Notes under the pieces: model-generated | What the model was told of the DNA's origin: nothing | Databases searched by the model: none | The model's input: only the letters and a program-made list of their open reading frames with translations | Position numbers and translations under genes: made by a program | DNA from: Desulfatiglandales bacterium | Lineage (GTDB): Bacteria; Desulfobacterota; DSM-4660; Desulfatiglandales; HGW-15 | Reading direction: 5' to 3' | Length of the DNA stretch: 64,000 nt | NCBI GenBank assembly: GCA_963667015.2 | Contig: CAXXJJ010000001.1 | Location: 704,001-768,000 of the forward strand | In this document: one piece after another, positions 49,363-60,213 of the stretch | Numbering within the stretch: the stretch's first letter is position 1 | Layout of the letters: the number at the start of each line of letters is the position of its first letter

Positions 49363-50532
49363 CTAATGTTTTTTATGACCATATTGTTCATCAATCTTAA
49401 GACCTTCAATCTCTGTTGTCTTCTCACCCCGTTCCGATTTTACCGTATCAATCATCCTGCCGACTATGCCCTTTCTTGATGCATAGCTCATGGCAGTATC
49501 CTCAGAGATTTTTCCTGCCTTGTAAAGATCAACTATACACTGGTCAAATGTCATCATTCCAAAGGGGCGGTTTCCTTCAATTATTTCGTAAAAGGTCTTG
49601 CCCTCTGATTCCCCGTTTAAAATCGTATCCTTTACCCTCAGGTTGGAACCCATTATTTCATGGGCAGCCTGACGGCCTCCGCCTACCTTTGGAAGAAGTC
49701 TCTGACATACAATCCAGCGTACAGTATCAGAGAGTCTTACCCTGATCTGTTTTTCCTCTTCCTGTTCAAACATGCCGACAATCCTGTTTATTGTCTGCCC
49801 GGCATCAACGGTATGAAGTGTGGTCAGGACAAGATGGCCTGTTTCAGCGGCAGCCAGACCAATCTCAACGGTCTCTCTGTCCCTCATCTCGCCGACAAGG
49901 ATGACTTTTGGCGCCTGCCTGAGAGCGGCCCTCAGGCCTGAAGAAAAGGAATCAAAATCATGTCCCATTTCTCTCTGGTTAAAGGTTGCCTTTTTCTGTG
50001 AATGTACAAATTCAACGGGGTCTTCAAGTGTTACGACATGCACTGACTGGGATTCATTGATCTCGTTTAATACTGCTGCCAGGGATGTTGATTTACCGCT
50101 GCCTGTTGCGCCCGTAACAAGGATTATCCCGTTTCGCTCCTTTGGCATTTTTTTAAATGCCAAAGGAAGTCCCAGTTCTTCTACAGTCGGTATCCTTGTG
50201 GCAAGCTGCCTCATTACTGTAGAGTATAATCCTTTTTGAGAAAATATATTCACCCTGAAACGCGCCTTTCCTGCAAGCTGGTAGGATGTGTCACATGAGC
50301 CCTCCCGGATCAGGGTTTTTGTCAAACGTCTATCGGAGTTAATGATGTTAAGGGCAAGTATCTCTGCCTGAAACGGGGTCAGTGCCTCTACAGGAGGATT
50401 AAGGTTTACCCGCTTCAATACCCCGTCTGATTCTACCTGAAATGGTTTTTCCACTGTCATCAGAAGGTCCGATACGTTTTCATGGGACTCAAGCATTGAA
50501 GTTAATATGTTGTCGATCTGCTGTTTTTTCAT
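49363..50532 (-). CDS. Type IV pilus retraction ATPase paralog (PilT/PilU family)
   Basis: GATGSGKST, EDPVE, ALRQAP..ILVGEMRD and TLHT. Confidence 0.92.
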   Translation of the reverse strand: MKKQQIDNILTSMLESHENVSDLLMTVEKPFQVESDGVLKRVNLNPPVEALTPFQAEILALNIINSDRRLTKTLIREGSCDTSYQLAGKARFRVNIFSQKGLYSTVMRQLATRIPTVEELGLPLAFKKMPKERNGIILVTGATGSGKSTSLAAVLNEINESQSVHVVTLEDPVEFVHSQKKATFNQREMGHDFDSFSSGLRAALRQAPKVILVGEMRDRETVEIGLAAAETGHLVLTTLHTVDAGQTINRIVGMFEQEEEKQIRVRLSDTVRWIVCQRLLPKVGGGRQAAHEIMGSNLRVKDTILNGESEGKTFYEIIEGNRPFGMMTFDQCIVDLYKAGKISEDTAMSYASRKGIVGRMIDTVKSERGEKTTEIEGLKIDEQYGHKKH

Positions 50533-50586
50533 TTTCTTTAACTCCTCTTATATCCGGTATAAGGCGGCAATAAAAACATATCCTGA

Positions 50587-51669
50587 TCATGCATCGGTAA
50601 AATCGGTTGGCGGATTTTTCAGGTAAGGCCTGAAGGTTTCTTTATTATTACACTTTGCATAGGCATCATCGGGGCTGATACGTTTTGCCGTAAGATGGGC
50701 CATAATAGCATCATCAAGGGTCTGCATGCCGTATTTTTTACCTGTCTGCATGGCTGAAGGTATCTGGAAGGTCTTGGCTTCCCGTATGAGGTTTCTTATG
50801 GCAGGGATAGCGATCATGATTTCGAGCGCGGCGATTCTACCTTTTCTGTCTGACCGCTTAAAAAGATTCTGGGCGATAACAGCCCTTAGTCCATCCGAAA
50901 GCGTGCTCCTTATCTGCTCCTGCTGGTTTGCCGGAAATACCTCAATAACACGGTCAACGGTTTTTGCCGCACTGCTTGTATGCAGGGTCCCAAATACAAG
51001 ATGACCGGTAGAAGCGGCTTCAATGGCAAGGCTGATTGTTTCGAGGTCGCGCATTTCCCCAACGAGTATAATATCCGGGTCCTCTCTCAATGCGCCCCTC
51101 AGGGCCGCGGCAAAGGATCTTGTGTGCAGGCCGACCTCTCTGTGATTTACAACCGCCTCCTTGCTTTTATGAACAAATTCAATAGGATCTTCTACGGTGA
51201 GGATATGATCCTTTCGTGTCCTGTTTGCTTCATCGATTATTGCGGCAAGTGTGGTTGATTTACCGCTTCCGGTAGGTCCGGTAACCAGGACAAGTCCCCT
51301 TGGAAGAGATGCAAGTTTTTGAACAACAGGTGGAAGGCCAAGCTGTTCACAGGTAAGAATTTCTGACGGGATTTCCCTGAATACAGCAGCAATTCCATAT
51401 TTCTGATCAAAAAAGTTTGCCCTGTAACGTGCAAGCCCCGGAATTTCATAGGCAAAATCTATATCTCCTGTTTCTTCAAAGAGTTTGACCTTGTCTTCAG
51501 GGGCTATTTCATAAAGCATTTCCTTCAGAGGGTCATTCTCAAGAATTTTATATTTTATCCTGGTTAATTCGCCATTGATACGGATAACCGGCTGCTGGCC
51601 TGTGACAAGATGAAGGTCGGATGCACCCTGTTCATTCATAAGTTTAAAAAAGGCGTCTATCTGTGCCAT
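50587..51669 (-). CDS. pilT: Type IV pilus twitching motility ATPase PilT
   Basis: GPTGSGKST, ALREDPD, AIRNLIRE and GMQT. Confidence 0.95.
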   Translation of the reverse strand: MAQIDAFFKLMNEQGASDLHLVTGQQPVIRINGELTRIKYKILENDPLKEMLYEIAPEDKVKLFEETGDIDFAYEIPGLARYRANFFDQKYGIAAVFREIPSEILTCEQLGLPPVVQKLASLPRGLVLVTGPTGSGKSTTLAAIIDEANRTRKDHILTVEDPIEFVHKSKEAVVNHREVGLHTRSFAAALRGALREDPDIILVGEMRDLETISLAIEAASTGHLVFGTLHTSSAAKTVDRVIEVFPANQQEQIRSTLSDGLRAVIAQNLFKRSDRKGRIAALEIMIAIPAIRNLIREAKTFQIPSAMQTGKKYGMQTLDDAIMAHLTAKRISPDDAYAKCNNKETFRPYLKNPPTDFTDA

Positions 51670-51872
51670 ACCTTATAATTCCTCCAATAATAAGCGCAGT
51701 ATTATTAAAATAATAAAAAGTAAAAGAAAAACTAACTTTTAAATATACATAAACATGTCACTGCACCGTCAGATTATCAACATTTAAAAGATGACTGTTT
51801 GAATAATATTTGCTTAATTCTATCAATATTAAATTATATTAATTAAATATTTAGTGTTTAGTAAATATCTAT

Positions 51873-52352
51873 CTATATAATTAAAAGTTTTTTTGCCATA
51901 ACACAGGCATCCTGTCCCTCGGGATAGAAATTATTTTTAATCTGCCAGATACTGTATCCTGAATCCGAAAACAGTTTCCGGGCATTTCTATTTTCTACAG
52001 CCGTATGCAGAAACATCGTTGTTATTCCTGTTTCAGATGCCGCCTTCTCGATTCCGGTTAAGAGAAGCTTTCCTACTCCTTTGCCCTGCCAGTCGGTTTC
52101 TATGGCAATTGCCAGTAATTCGCTTGAATTACTCAGATCATACCTGCTGAAGGGTTTACTTACCATGGCAAAGCCGAGCAGCAGGTCTTCACGAAAGGCA
52201 ATTATTGTTATGCTGTTCCCGGACAGATGCCACTTTTGTACTACATCGCCATATTCTCCAAAAGGCTTAAATGCTTTTGAACTCAGATCCCTGATAAAAA
52301 ACGAATCGGTGATCGCAGAATCGCGAATCTGTATTTCAGGGGTATTATTCAT
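51873..52352 (-). CDS. GNAT family N-acetyltransferase (RimI-like)
   Basis: QGKGVGKLL acetyl-CoA motif and N..A..LF...GY. Confidence 0.85.
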   Translation of the reverse strand: MNNTPEIQIRDSAITDSFFIRDLSSKAFKPFGEYGDVVQKWHLSGNSITIIAFREDLLLGFAMVSKPFSRYDLSNSSELLAIAIETDWQGKGVGKLLLTGIEKAASETGITTMFLHTAVENRNARKLFSDSGYSIWQIKNNFYPEGQDACVMAKKLLII

Positions 52353-52430
52353 TCCAATATTTTCCTATTTATGCAATAAATGTACCTTAAATTATCACAA
52401 AATAAATCAATCAGCTTTTCAGGAGAAAAA

Positions 52431-52835
52431 ATGTCCTATAAGGTTACCCCGATAGGTTTTATAAGATCAGAAAAAGAATTCACATCAGTTGAGATATTAC
52501 CAGCCTATGAAGAAGCTGTCCATGGGCTTGAGCTCTATTCCCATATAATTATTCTTTTATGGTTCCATAATAGCGATAATGAATCCGACCGGCAGCTTCT
52601 AAAGGTACATCCCAGGCATAATAAAAAGAATCCTTTAACAGGAATATTCGCCACGCGATCGCCTGTCAGGCCTAATCCTGTGGCGATATTTATCCCTTCT
52701 ATTATTTCAATAGAAAGGAATGTGATAAATATAAATAGTATTGATGCCTTTGATGGCACTCCCGTAATCGATATCAAGCCATACATCCCGTCACTTGATT
52801 CTATTCCGGAGGCTAAAACTCCAAAGTTTTTATAG
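52431..52835 (+). CDS. tsaA: tRNA (N6-threonylcarbamoyladenosine(37)-N6)-methyltransferase TrmO
   Basis: GIFATRSPVRPNP and DGTPVIDIKPY; AGGAG RBS before ATG 52431. Confidence 0.9.
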   Translation: MSYKVTPIGFIRSEKEFTSVEILPAYEEAVHGLELYSHIIILLWFHNSDNESDRQLLKVHPRHNKKNPLTGIFATRSPVRPNPVAIFIPSIISIERNVININSIDAFDGTPVIDIKPYIPSLDSIPEAKTPKFL

Positions 52836-53045
52836 ATGTTTGAGAATATAATCCTGATTTTTTTATTTTTTACTTCTAAAAAATTTATTTTATGTATTAC
52901 GTAATTGACTGTTTTTAAGTGTAGGATATTGTGATGGAAAGCTATTAAGAAAAGATATCGATGGTCATCGTCAATTTTTAACAAGGATAATTAGGATTGA
53001 TAAGGAGGCCCCTAAAGGGGCCCACCGAAACCAGTAAAATAAATG

Positions 53046-53228
53046 TTACTGATGATTTCTATACTTAAGAAAAAATTTAAAGTTGTTTTTTATTAAAATA
53101 ACCACGATTATTTTTAGTTTTTTTAATAGATAAAATCCGACAAGAATAATGATAATAAAAATAATGTAACCAGAATGTCCGTTCTCATTAGCGATATATT
53201 TAATAATCGTTCCTAATATCTCTTCCAT
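53046..53228 (-). CDS. Small single-TM protein with basic C-terminus
   Basis: Strong RBS AAGAGGAGGG 5 nt before the ATG; hydrophobic YIIFIIIILVGFYLL then a Lys-rich tail. Confidence 0.55.
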   Translation of the reverse strand: MEEILGTIIKYIANENGHSGYIIFIIIILVGFYLLKKLKIIVVILIKNNFKFFLKYRNHQ

Positions 53229-53301
53229 ATTAACCCTCCTCTTGGTTATAAGGAAGGCTGAATCCGTATAAAAAGGTTTTAGGGCGGAAGAAACTATTGG
53301 T

Positions 53302-53329
53302 TTGACATTTATCTCAACTCAAATATAAT
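53302..53329 (+). promoter_or_regulatory. Consensus sigma70 promoter
   Basis: TTGACA-N16-TATAAT with no plus-strand gene downstream. Confidence 0.7.
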
Positions 53330-53334
53330 AATAC

Positions 53335-53427
53335 CCTTAACCTAATAGAGGGCATTCAGCCTTCTAGTGGAAATTGCGAAAATCCCGTTTAATGGTTTCC
53401 AGGCCCTTGGCGGGATTTTCCATTTTT
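53335..53427 (+). ncRNA. Candidate small RNA (about 90 nt)
   Basis: Lies between the consensus promoter and a GAAAATCCCG/CGGGATTTTC hairpin plus T run. Confidence 0.5.
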
Positions 53428-53543
53428 ATGTTTCTGTTTCTAAATATTTAAATTAAAATCATACTTATTTCTCAGTATTGATTAGAATATAATGATAGCC
53501 TGATTTCAAACAATATCCTCATTTTATATTTAGCTATCAGTGT

Positions 53544-55502
53544 CTAGATACCCTGAACAAGCTGATCAACAGATACTATAGATCCATATTTTTCCTTAAA
53601 GGCCAGAAGACCTTTCTTTTGTTCAGCATATATATCAAAGAGTTTCTGCGGAATATTTTCCTCTTTCCTGTATTCTTCTTCCTGAAGATCAATACGGGAG
53701 ACAATGTTATCTATATAGAAGGCGAACTGTTTATTGTAGAGTTCCACAGGATAATCCTTGTCTATTTCGCTGAAAAGTTCTTTCAGGTCCTCATATTTCG
53801 GGATAAATCCTATTGGTGTATCAATAGCCTCCACATCACCGTTTGCCCTCTTTTCAAGCCATCCCAGCCAGACCTTGACGTCGCGTTTTTCGCCCAGCAG
53901 ACCGTTTCCTTCTCCACCCCTTGCACTGTGGGTGAGAAAATAGTTGAGGCCGGACATTATAGGTTTCTGTTTTAATTTTGAAGAATTGAAAAAGACAAAC
54001 TGGGCATTCATGTAATCTGCCAGGGGGCCGGGTATAAAAGGCTGATTTGCCCAGGGCTGTCTTCTCACACCGGAAACACCTACCTCGGTTGCAGTTGCCG
54101 CAGACAGTACTGATGCCCCGATTATTACACCCTGATCAGGATTTTTTGCCACCCATACAGGGGGCATGGTATCTGCATCACGTCCGCTGTAGGTTATCAC
54201 CTTGACCTCAACACCATCCGGATCTTCCCCGGCCACCGGGTTATAGTTACCTATTTCGGTGTTGGAAAGTGTACATCTTGAATTTGGATGACTCAGTGGT
54301 ACAGGTTTTCCGTTCTTATCGGTCTTACCCTCAAACCATTCTCCCTGGAAGTTAATACCCTTTTTGGGGGCCTCTTCCCCGTTTCCCACCCAGTGGGGCA
54401 CGTTGTTTTCATCTATAAGCACGTTAGACCAGATAACCTCGGCACCTTCTTCTCTCAGGCATTTCATGAGATAGGGGTCTCCTTCGCGGTTAACATCCTG
54501 TACAATTCCGAAAATACCGCATTCCGGGTTTATGGCCCTCAGTGTGCCGTCTTCGGCAATCCACAACTGGGCCAGGTCGTCACCAATAAAGTCGGTCCCC
54601 ACCATGGCGGTGGTTGTTTTTCCGCAGCCGGATGGGGCTGCCCCGGCAAAGTAGGTTTTCCTGCCGTCCCTGCCTGTCATACCGGTAATGAACATATGCT
54701 CGGAAAGTTCTTCTTCTTTGTAGTAATATGTTGCCAGGTCAACTGCAAAGCGGTGATTCCCCTTTTTAAGGAGCAGTGTATTTCCGGCATAGGTGCAGAA
54801 CATTGAATATGTCGTAAGCCAGCTCCTGTCCATATATACCCGGGCATTTGGTAAGTCTTCAGGTCTGTTTGGGCCCTCACTGTGGACGTTTGTAAGCATA
54901 TAGCCCTTTCTTGCGACCTCTTCATCAAATTTCTCATAGACATTCCTGTACAGAATATTACCTGAATGCATAACATAGGTTGATGTAGTCATTTCTATTG
55001 CAGGAAGTGCAGCCGGCGCCCCAACAGGTCCCCTGCTGAAGAAACCTATAAGCAGGGTCTTACCCTTTCCAAGGCCTGCCATATATGTCTTTATATGTTC
55101 CATTGCATTGTTTCTTGCAACTTTTTTAGCCAGGGTACTGGTACTTTCGTCTTCATTGACTATGTAGAATGTCCTGTCAACAATCCTTCCCTGTTCTTCG
55201 GCCAGATCAAAATGGATAGTATGGTCTTTCATGGCAAGGGGTTTTTCCTCTCCCTTTTCAAGACTCATCTCTCTGATTTTCTGAATATCGGCTTCGTTTC
55301 CTGTATTCACAAAGACTGCATCGGGCCTCATCATTGAGATGGCATTCGCAATTTTCAGGCGGGCATCTTCATTCGTTATTTTAGTCAGTTTAGAAATAGT
55401 ATCTTTGTCACAATACTTATTGAAGACTTCTTCGGCTTCCTTCAGGCTGCTGATTCCACCTATTGTAGAAAGGATATCAGCGCCCTTCTTGAGTTCTAAC
55501 AT
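53544..55502 (-). CDS. pckG: Phosphoenolpyruvate carboxykinase (GTP)
   Basis: YAGN, EHM, PSGCGKT, IGDDLA, NPECG and HPNSR. ATG 55502 follows AAGGGG. Confidence 0.93.
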   Translation of the reverse strand: MLELKKGADILSTIGGISSLKEAEEVFNKYCDKDTISKLTKITNEDARLKIANAISMMRPDAVFVNTGNEADIQKIREMSLEKGEEKPLAMKDHTIHFDLAEEQGRIVDRTFYIVNEDESTSTLAKKVARNNAMEHIKTYMAGLGKGKTLLIGFFSRGPVGAPAALPAIEMTTSTYVMHSGNILYRNVYEKFDEEVARKGYMLTNVHSEGPNRPEDLPNARVYMDRSWLTTYSMFCTYAGNTLLLKKGNHRFAVDLATYYYKEEELSEHMFITGMTGRDGRKTYFAGAAPSGCGKTTTAMVGTDFIGDDLAQLWIAEDGTLRAINPECGIFGIVQDVNREGDPYLMKCLREEGAEVIWSNVLIDENNVPHWVGNGEEAPKKGINFQGEWFEGKTDKNGKPVPLSHPNSRCTLSNTEIGNYNPVAGEDPDGVEVKVITYSGRDADTMPPVWVAKNPDQGVIIGASVLSAATATEVGVSGVRRQPWANQPFIPGPLADYMNAQFVFFNSSKLKQKPIMSGLNYFLTHSARGGEGNGLLGEKRDVKVWLGWLEKRANGDVEAIDTPIGFIPKYEDLKELFSEIDKDYPVELYNKQFAFYIDNIVSRIDLQEEEYRKEENIPQKLFDIYAEQKKGLLAFKEKYGSIVSVDQLVQGI

Positions 55503-55819
55503 AACTTCCCCCTTTATGGTTATTAATAGTTTCAGCTTTGCCCAGGAAAGAAAACCGCGCCTCATTACGGTTTTGAATGGTAAAGCTAAAAGGTCTTATA
55601 TAATCATCGGTTATCGATTCTAAAAAGTATAAAAAAAAATGATGTTTCGAGTCAACTATAATAAATCAGGGTAAAATCCTGCTGTGAGTTAATAAAATAC
55701 CGATTTCAAAAGATCTGTTCATATCCATTGTAGAGGGAAAATATTAATTGGTTGACCGGCGTTAAAAAATAATATTTTATATTCAGCATTAAAAAGAATA
55801 GATAAAAAGGAGAATTTCA

Positions 55820-57031
55820 TTGGAATCTAATATAATATCCTTTTCTGAAGGAAAGCTTATTGTCCCCGACAAACCTGTTATTCCATACATAGAGGGCGAC
55901 GGGATTGGTCCTGATATATGGAAGGCAGCTTCCATGGTGATAGACCGGGCAGTGGAAATCTGCTGGCACAGCAAACGAAAAATAGAGTGGAAGGAAATAC
56001 TGGCCGGTGAGAAGGCCTATAATAATACCGGTGAATGGCTTCCTGAAGAAACTCTTGATGCCTTTAGAGAGTTCCGGGTGGGTATAAAGGGGCCTTTAAC
56101 CACTCCTGTGGGCGGAGGAATCAGGAGCCTTAATGTGACCCTTAGGCAGGTTCTGGATCTTTTTGCCTGTGTCAGGCCTGTAAGGTATTTTCCGGGGGTA
56201 CCAAGCCCCGTGAAGGAACCTCAAAGGGTAAATATGGTGATCTTCAGGGAAAATACAGAAGATGTCTACGCAGGCCTGGAACTGGAATCCGGCAGCGGTG
56301 AAGTTAAAAAGCTGATAGATTACCTTAATGACGAATTCGGGTGGAAAATACGTTCCGACTCGGGTATCGGGGTAAAACCCATAAGCAAGACCGGGAGCCT
56401 GCGGTTGATAAAGGCAGCAATTGAATATGCAAAAAGGTATCATCGTTCAAGCGTAACCCTTGTGCATAAGGGAAACATACAGAAATACACAGAGGGGGCC
56501 TTTAGAAAGTGGGGTTATGAACTTGCAAAGGAGGCATATCCGGAAGACACCGTGGCATGGGATGACTTTGATGAAAATACCACGGATAACAGGATACTCA
56601 TAAAGGATGCTATTGCAGATATCTTTTTCCAGCAGGCCCTTACGCGACCTGATGAATTCGATGTAATTGCAACAATGAATCTGAACGGGGACTATATATC
56701 CGATGCTCTTGCTGCCCAGGTCGGAGGGATAGGTATGGCTCCCGGTGCAAACATTAACTACGAAAACGGTTATGCAATATTTGAGGCTACCCATGGAACA
56801 GCGCCTAAATATGCAGGCATGGACAAGGTAAATCCCGGGTCTCTGATCCTGAGCGGAGCGATGCTTCTTGATTATATCGGCTGGTCCGAGGCTTCAAAAA
56901 GAATAGAAGCCGGTCTTGAAAAGACATTTGCATCAAAAAGGGTTACCTATGATCTTGCAAGGCTGATGGATGGAGCAGAAGAGGTTTCATGTTCCGGATT
57001 TGCCGGGCTTGTTTGCGAAAATATGGAGTGA
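55820..57031 (+). CDS. icd: Isocitrate dehydrogenase (NADP+)
   Basis: [38 protein letters not shown] and [10 protein letters not shown]. Confidence 0.96.
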   Translation: MESNIISFSEGKLIVPDKPVIPYIEGDGIGPDIWKAASMVIDRAVEICWHSKRKIEWKEILAGEKAYNNTGEWLPEETLDAFREFRVGIKGPLTTPVGGGIRSLNVTLRQVLDLFACVRPVRYFPGVPSPVKEPQRVNMVIFRENTEDVYAGLELESGSGEVKKLIDYLNDEFGWKIRSDSGIGVKPISKTGSLRLIKAAIEYAKRYHRSSVTLVHKGNIQKYTEGAFRKWGYELAKEAYPEDTVAWDDFDENTTDNRILIKDAIADIFFQQALTRPDEFDVIATMNLNGDYISDALAAQVGGIGMAPGANINYENGYAIFEATHGTAPKYAGMDKVNPGSLILSGAMLLDYIGWSEASKRIEAGLEKTFASKRVTYDLARLMDGAEEVSCSGFAGLVCENME

Positions 57032-57147
57032 TATCTTTTAGTATATAAAATAAATGTATCTGATTTCCGAAAACGGTCTTTGATTTCCGGTGCGATCTTT
57101 GCGATAATACTAACCCAGTACTTCTTCACAAAAAGGAGGCGGATGCC

Positions 57148-57597
57148 ATGTCGGACGGTTTAAACGTTATTATTGTTGATGATAATAAAGAGGTTTGCCA
57201 GGTCGTATTTGATATTATCAAAAGATTTTATACATGGGGTGAAGTCATCGCCTTTACTGATATTGAAGAGGCGATTGTATACTGCAAAAGTCAGAAATCC
57301 AGTGTTGCAATTTTTGTGGTTGATGTATTCCTGAACAATTCTACCGGTTTTATCTTCCTTGACAGCATTTCCGACAGATATCCCATGGCCTATGAGGATG
57401 CCATAATGATGTCAGGCAATGCAAGTGATGATGTTGTTAATATGTGTGTGGCGGCAAACATAACATACCTGCTTGAAAAACCCGTTAAGGCCTATGCACT
57501 GCAGCTTGCAGTGCGGGCAATAGTCAACAAGTATATCAATTTTGCCAAAAGACTGATAGACGACCCCGATTTTGCAGAGGATATATATAATTTTTAA
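57148..57597 (+). CDS. Single-domain response regulator
   Basis: IIVDD, VVDVFL, MSG and EKP; AGGAGG RBS. Confidence 0.85.
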   Translation: MSDGLNVIIVDDNKEVCQVVFDIIKRFYTWGEVIAFTDIEEAIVYCKSQKSSVAIFVVDVFLNNSTGFIFLDSISDRYPMAYEDAIMMSGNASDDVVNMCVAANITYLLEKPVKAYALQLAVRAIVNKYINFAKRLIDDPDFAEDIYNF

Positions 57598-57630
57598 AAC
57601 TGGATAAAGCACTCTATATGAATTAATGCA

Positions 57631-57813
57631 TGCATAAAAAAATGTGCATCATGCACATGATATTGTGCACTCCAAATGTATTTATTTTGAAATTAAACCA
57701 GCCTAATACCTATCCCGGAAATATAAGCTCTTAATAACTACCTGTTATTCTGGCGGATACACGGTTTTATAAATAATAGATAGTAATCATCTTACTATGG
57801 CATGATGCTTGTA
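57631..57813 (+). promoter_or_regulatory. Sigma54 promoter with tandem palindromic enhancer sites (locus B)
   Basis: TGCATAAAAAAATGTGCA (57631-57648), TGCACATGATATTGTGCA (57652-57669) and TGGCAT-GATGC-TTGTA (57798-57813). Confidence 0.7.
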
Positions 57814-57889
57814 TTATACATGTTTGGCCTTCCATGTTTTATAACCATAAATAAATATCATTTCACGTAAAAAAATACAGGTGATTGCT

Positions 57890-59302
57890 ATGGGCAAAGT
57901 GCACACTATTAAAATTGAAAATATCGTTCTGGACAGCAGTATTTATCCACGTAGCAGCATAGACCATAAAAGGGTGTCTATGTTTGAAGAAAACATGAGG
58001 GATGGTTTTGAGTTTGATCCAATTCATCTGCAGGCGCATCCGAATGAGCCGGGAAAATACCGCATCCTGGATGGAGCCCATAGATTTACTGCTTATAAGG
58101 GCATTGGCGAAGAAGAAATTCCCGCACAAATAATAAAGCTCAATGGAACGCATCCTTTGCTGTATGCTGCAAAACAGGCCATAGGGCCGAGGCAGCTTAA
58201 TGATGAAGAGGCCAGAAGTGCTGCAAGAAGGGCATATCAGGATGATCCGAAGTTGAGTTCAAAAGAAATTGCCGGATGGGTTGGCCGTGCAAGAAGAACG
58301 GTAGATGAGTATATCGCAGATTTAAGGGCTGCTTCACAGATGGCACTTGATCTGAAGATATTCAGGATGAATCTTCTTGGAATCCCACAAGAACGCATTG
58401 CTGAAAGTTTGAAAGAAAAAAGAGAACGAATCAGAGATCATTTGGCGAATTTGGCGATGCTGCCAAATCCGCCAAATAGCGATTTAGGAAAAGGGTTTAC
58501 AGTCCCGCAGACTGCTGAAAAGCACGGCTGGCCTGAACCTCTGGTGTGGGCACTGAAATTGGCAGGGAAAAATGACGCCGCCAAATACAAAGAATTACAA
58601 TGGGGAATCAGGGCCTGGGACTACTGGAGCTGGAATGATTGCGACAGAAGATTCGGTGATGACTGGCCCGGAAGAATTCCCGCACAACTCATAGCACATA
58701 TACTTTATTACTTCTCAAAACAGGGTGATCTGGTTATTGATCCCATGGCCGGTGGCGGTGTTACTGCCGACACATGCCTGGCATTCAATCGGCGATGCTG
58801 GAGCTTTGACATGGTGGATAGAACGGATGAAAGACCGGAAATAGAACACCATTTCTGGGACATTAATAATCTCAAATGGCCGGTCAATGGCAAGACAAAA
58901 CCTGACCTTATCATCTTTGACCCTCCCTATTTCAGTAAGAAGGCGAAGGAGTATGAGGAAGAGAGCATATCGAACCTTACAAGGGAAGAGTATATGGACT
59001 TTCTGGAAAGATTTTTCAGTCTGGCCCTTGAGAACAGTAAAAAAGGTACCAGGCTTGTGATGATAAATGCAGACTGGAGAGACTTTCAGGGGACACCTGC
59101 TCTTGAGGAAAATGAGGAAGCAGCCATCCTGATAATTGATTACGGCAATTTGATGAGGAAAGCAGGGTGGGCGGTTACACATGTTATGCAGGCTCCAATG
59201 TCATCAGAGAGGTTCCAGGGTGGCACAGTTGCCGCGATGCAGAAAAAGAAAATACTTGGGGTTACAAGTCGCTACGTTGTAGTTGCTAAAAAACAAGGCT
59301 GA
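57890..59302 (+). CDS. ParB/Srx-like N-terminal domain, HTH and amino (N6A/N4C) DNA methyltransferase fusion
   Basis: ILDGAHR (ParB/Srx), HTH-like segment, SAM-binding DPMAGGG and catalytic DPPY. Confidence 0.88.
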   Translation: MGKVHTIKIENIVLDSSIYPRSSIDHKRVSMFEENMRDGFEFDPIHLQAHPNEPGKYRILDGAHRFTAYKGIGEEEIPAQIIKLNGTHPLLYAAKQAIGPRQLNDEEARSAARRAYQDDPKLSSKEIAGWVGRARRTVDEYIADLRAASQMALDLKIFRMNLLGIPQERIAESLKEKRERIRDHLANLAMLPNPPNSDLGKGFTVPQTAEKHGWPEPLVWALKLAGKNDAAKYKELQWGIRAWDYWSWNDCDRRFGDDWPGRIPAQLIAHILYYFSKQGDLVIDPMAGGGVTADTCLAFNRRCWSFDMVDRTDERPEIEHHFWDINNLKWPVNGKTKPDLIIFDPPYFSKKAKEYEEESISNLTREEYMDFLERFFSLALENSKKGTRLVMINADWRDFQGTPALEENEEAAILIIDYGNLMRKAGWAVTHVMQAPMSSERFQGGTVAAMQKKKILGVTSRYVVVAKKQG

Positions 59303-59373
59303 AGCTTTTTAGACTGATGGCTGTTAGTAATAGCAGTAAACCTAATAGTCTTCAGCCTTAACCGCTTCAGCCT
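59296..59373 (+). repeat. 78-bp hairpin repeat, copy 1
   Basis: AGGCTGAAGC...GCTTCAGCCT; contains the stop codon of the MTase gene. Confidence 0.92.
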
Positions 59374-59379
59374 ATTTTA

Positions 59380-59814
59380 AATGCAGATCGGTTCCCGGAG
59401 GATTTTATGTTCCAATTGACAAAAGAAGAATATGAAGGGCTCCTCCAGGCAACCGACTTGAAGTCGCAAATTGCGATTTCAAGTTATGGGCACGGCGGAA
59501 GGAGGAAGGCTCCATATGCCTTCACTGAATATGGGGCAATCATGGCGGCAAATGTTCTCAAAACTTCCAAGGCGATCCACATGAGTGTCTTTGTGGTTCG
59601 GGCTTTTGTAAGACTACGTGAGATGGTAGCAGCCCATAGGGAATTGGCGTTAAAACTCGATGAGCTCGAACAACGTCTCGAAAATCATGATGAAAAAATA
59701 GAAGTAATCTTTGAAGCCATTCGACAACTCATGGCACCACCTGAGAAAAAGAAAAATAAGATTGGCTTCGAAGTTAATGAAGGGGAAATTAAATATGGCA
59801 TGAAAAAAAAATGA
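59380..59814 (+). pseudogene. 5'-truncated ORF6N-domain (antirepressor-like) gene
   Basis: In-frame NADRFPEDFMFQLTKEE...GGRR..PYAFTEYG..MAANVL...KIGF. Homology begins mid-domain right after repeat copy 1. Confidence 0.8.
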
Positions 59815-59833
59815 TTGAGGTGGAGATAAAGAC

Positions 59834-59911
59834 AGGCTGAAGCTTTTTAGACTGATGGCTGTTAGTAAAAGCAGTAAACCTAATAGTCTTCAGCCTTAAC
59901 CGCTTCAGCCT
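59834..59911 (+). repeat. 78-bp hairpin repeat, copy 2
   Basis: Identical to copy 1 except one loop base. Confidence 0.92.
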
Positions 59912-59955
59912 ATTTTATTAACAGGCTTCAGACTAATTTCAATGGAGGAATTGAA

Positions 59956-60066
59956 ATGAAATTAATTGAATGGAAAGTGAAAGAGGATGATTATCAGGAG
60001 CAGATTAACATTCCAAGCGAGCAGAGAAAATTAGCGTCAGAAGAAGGAATGAGGAAAGCAGGCTGA
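59956..60066 (+). CDS. Small ORF, possibly a 3'-truncated gene; missing from the ORF track
   Basis: GGAGG RBS, then MKLIEWKVKEDDYQEQINIPSEQRKLASEEGMRKAG* (36 aa). The stop is supplied by repeat copy 3. Confidence 0.65.
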   Translation: MKLIEWKVKEDDYQEQINIPSEQRKLASEEGMRKAG

Positions 60067-60139
60067 AGCATTATAGACTGAGGGCTGTCAGGAAAATCAA
60101 ATTAAAACTAATAGTCTTCAGCCTTAACCGCTTCAGTCT
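60060..60139 (+). repeat. 80-bp hairpin repeat, copy 3 (diverged)
   Basis: AGGCTGAAGCATTATAGACTGAGGGCTGTCAG...CTAATAGTCTTCAGCCTTAACCGCTTCAGTCT. Confidence 0.88.
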
Positions 60140-60213
60140 GTCTTCCTGATTCTGAAGGATTCGCATCCAGATTTTGGGTGGGTAGTTATACTTTTAGGGT
60201 TAGAGAATAACAC

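Noticed and set aside
59296..60139. CRISPR array
   Set aside because: Repeats are about 78 bp, the intervening segments are 460 and 148 bp and protein-coding, and there are no cas genes in the window.
59296..60139. Integron attC sites
   Set aside because: The hairpin ends lack the RYYYAAC...GTTRRRY boxes, and there is no IntI tyrosine recombinase in the window.
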